This document shows, piece after piece, positions 62,835 through 64,000 of a DNA stretch of 64,000 nt. The position numbers and the translations under genes were made by a program. Within the stretch, counting starts at the first letter, position 1; each line of letters opens with the position of its first letter. The notes beneath the pieces were generated by a model that made no database searches, was not told the DNA's origin, and worked only from the letters and a program-made list of their open reading frames with translations. The stretch is taken from NCBI GenBank assembly GCA_964252035.1, contig OZ176204.1, one strand, 5' to 3'. Source of the stretch: Podarcis erhardii. Lineage: Eukaryota.

Positions 62835-64000
62835 GTGAGTGAGAGATTAGGAGAGGGAGAAGGCCGAGGGGGGCCCGGGAGGGCGTTGTGGGAAGCGGGA
62901 GCGCAGAACCGGCCCTCCGCCCTGTGGTGGGTGCGGGGCAGGATCCGTCCTGTGGCGGCGGAGCGCTCCGTGTTGAGGGAGGGGGATGCTGCTCTCTAAA
63001 GGGATGGATGAGGAGACGATGAATGGGCCTTGGCTGAAGGGAGGGGCGGGAGTCGTGTACCTGGAGCTGAAGGAACCGCTCAGGTGACGAGGGGGACGGA
63101 GAGGCTGAGATCGCCAGATTTCTATTTTTTATTTGTTATTTATTTATTTATTTATTTATTTAAATAAGGACCCCTTCATCTGTTTTATTATTTCAAAACC
63201 GCGAGTTATTGGATGTGCTCTGGGAAGCTGGGAGAATAGCATGTAAAGAATTGCAACACGGTTACCCACCCCCACCCCCTATGCAATGAGATACAGTACA
63301 GTCTTCTGCGAGACTGAAAGGTTGCTGTTCAAGGGGCGATATCTTCGTTCTTGTTTTATAATGACACGTGGCAGCTGTAAGCAGGACAGGTTGAGATGCG
63401 ATTTGCGGGATTCTCAGTGGGGGACCTTAGGGGGAGAAGAGAGTTGGTTGGGTTGTTGAAATAACTCATTTTCGAAGTGGAATTGGGTCATGAGGAATCC
63501 CGGGGTTTTCCCCACAGATGGTCAAAGAAAGATGTGAAATAGAAGTCAAATGCACCTTGTTACAGGGCTTTAAATATACGCAAGAACACATTGCAGTTTG
63601 TTTGTTTTTTAATTCTGGTGTTACAGATCTTCTATGTGTTCATCTCCTTACTAGCTTACTTGATCTGCAGCAAGCATTATCTGATAAGATAAGAAGAGTC
63701 AAACTGGATCAGAGCAAAAACTCTTCTAGTTCAGCATTCTGTTCCCACAATGGCCAACTAAATGCCCATGGGGAACCTACAAGTGGAACATGAATGATAT
63801 AGCACTTTCCTATTATCTTTCCCCTACAGCTAGTATTTAGAAGCACCTTGCCTCTGATTTTTCAGATTGTAAATTGCCATTGTGAATAACAAGCAATGAT
63901 AACTTTACTCGCCATGAATTTATATTCATTCATTTTTTAAAGCCAACCAGCTTGGCAGCAAATTCCAAATTTTTAACTAGGGTGTGAAGAAGTACTCCCT

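Larger units (their letters stand above)
62380..63120. promoter_or_regulatory. CpG-rich bidirectional promoter of SFXN2 and ARL3
   Basis: Dense CpG, CCAAT boxes (about 62514 and 62602), GC boxes, NRF1-like TGCGCGCGCA near 62783, CRE half-site TGACGCA 62793-62799, and divergent first-exon donors at 62496 and 62835. Confidence 0.88.

Noticed and set aside
1-64000. CRISPR arrays, operons or other prokaryotic/phage systems
   Set aside because: Spliced vertebrate genes and reptile TEs throughout; the recurring repeats are dispersed MITEs and SINEs, not spacer arrays.

Overview
Vertebrate genomic DNA from a squamate reptile, most likely a lacertid lizard (inferred from Sauria, Squam2 and Squam3-type SINEs). 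It is the ARL3-SFXN2-WBP1L locus. (1) Complete SFXN2 on the minus strand: 11 coding exons, all GT-AG, summing to 969 nt = 322 aa plus stop, with a non-coding exon 1 near 62.5 kb. (2) Two alternative first coding exons of WBP1L on the minus strand: signal-peptide form at 27219-27305 and short MPFLLGLRQ form at 5277-5303; later exons lie left of the window. (3) The ATG-only first exon of a plus-strand gene, ARL3 by synteny, sharing a CpG-rich bidirectional promoter with SFXN2 that carries an RFX X-box. The rest is intron or intergenic DNA dense in MITEs (12 Tigger/pogo-like copies, hAT, Tc2-like), SINEs and decayed LINEs (CR1, L2, L1, RTE). No prokaryotic, CRISPR or viral system is supported. 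Most interesting: three adjacent MITEs in alternating orientation in SFXN2 intron 1, a 59-bp inverted duplication bracketing 1.2 kb, an internally deleted RTE element, and putative translational brakes on both WBP1L first exons. All calls were made by eye; TE family names come from remembered consensus sequences and need Dfam/Repbase confirmation.
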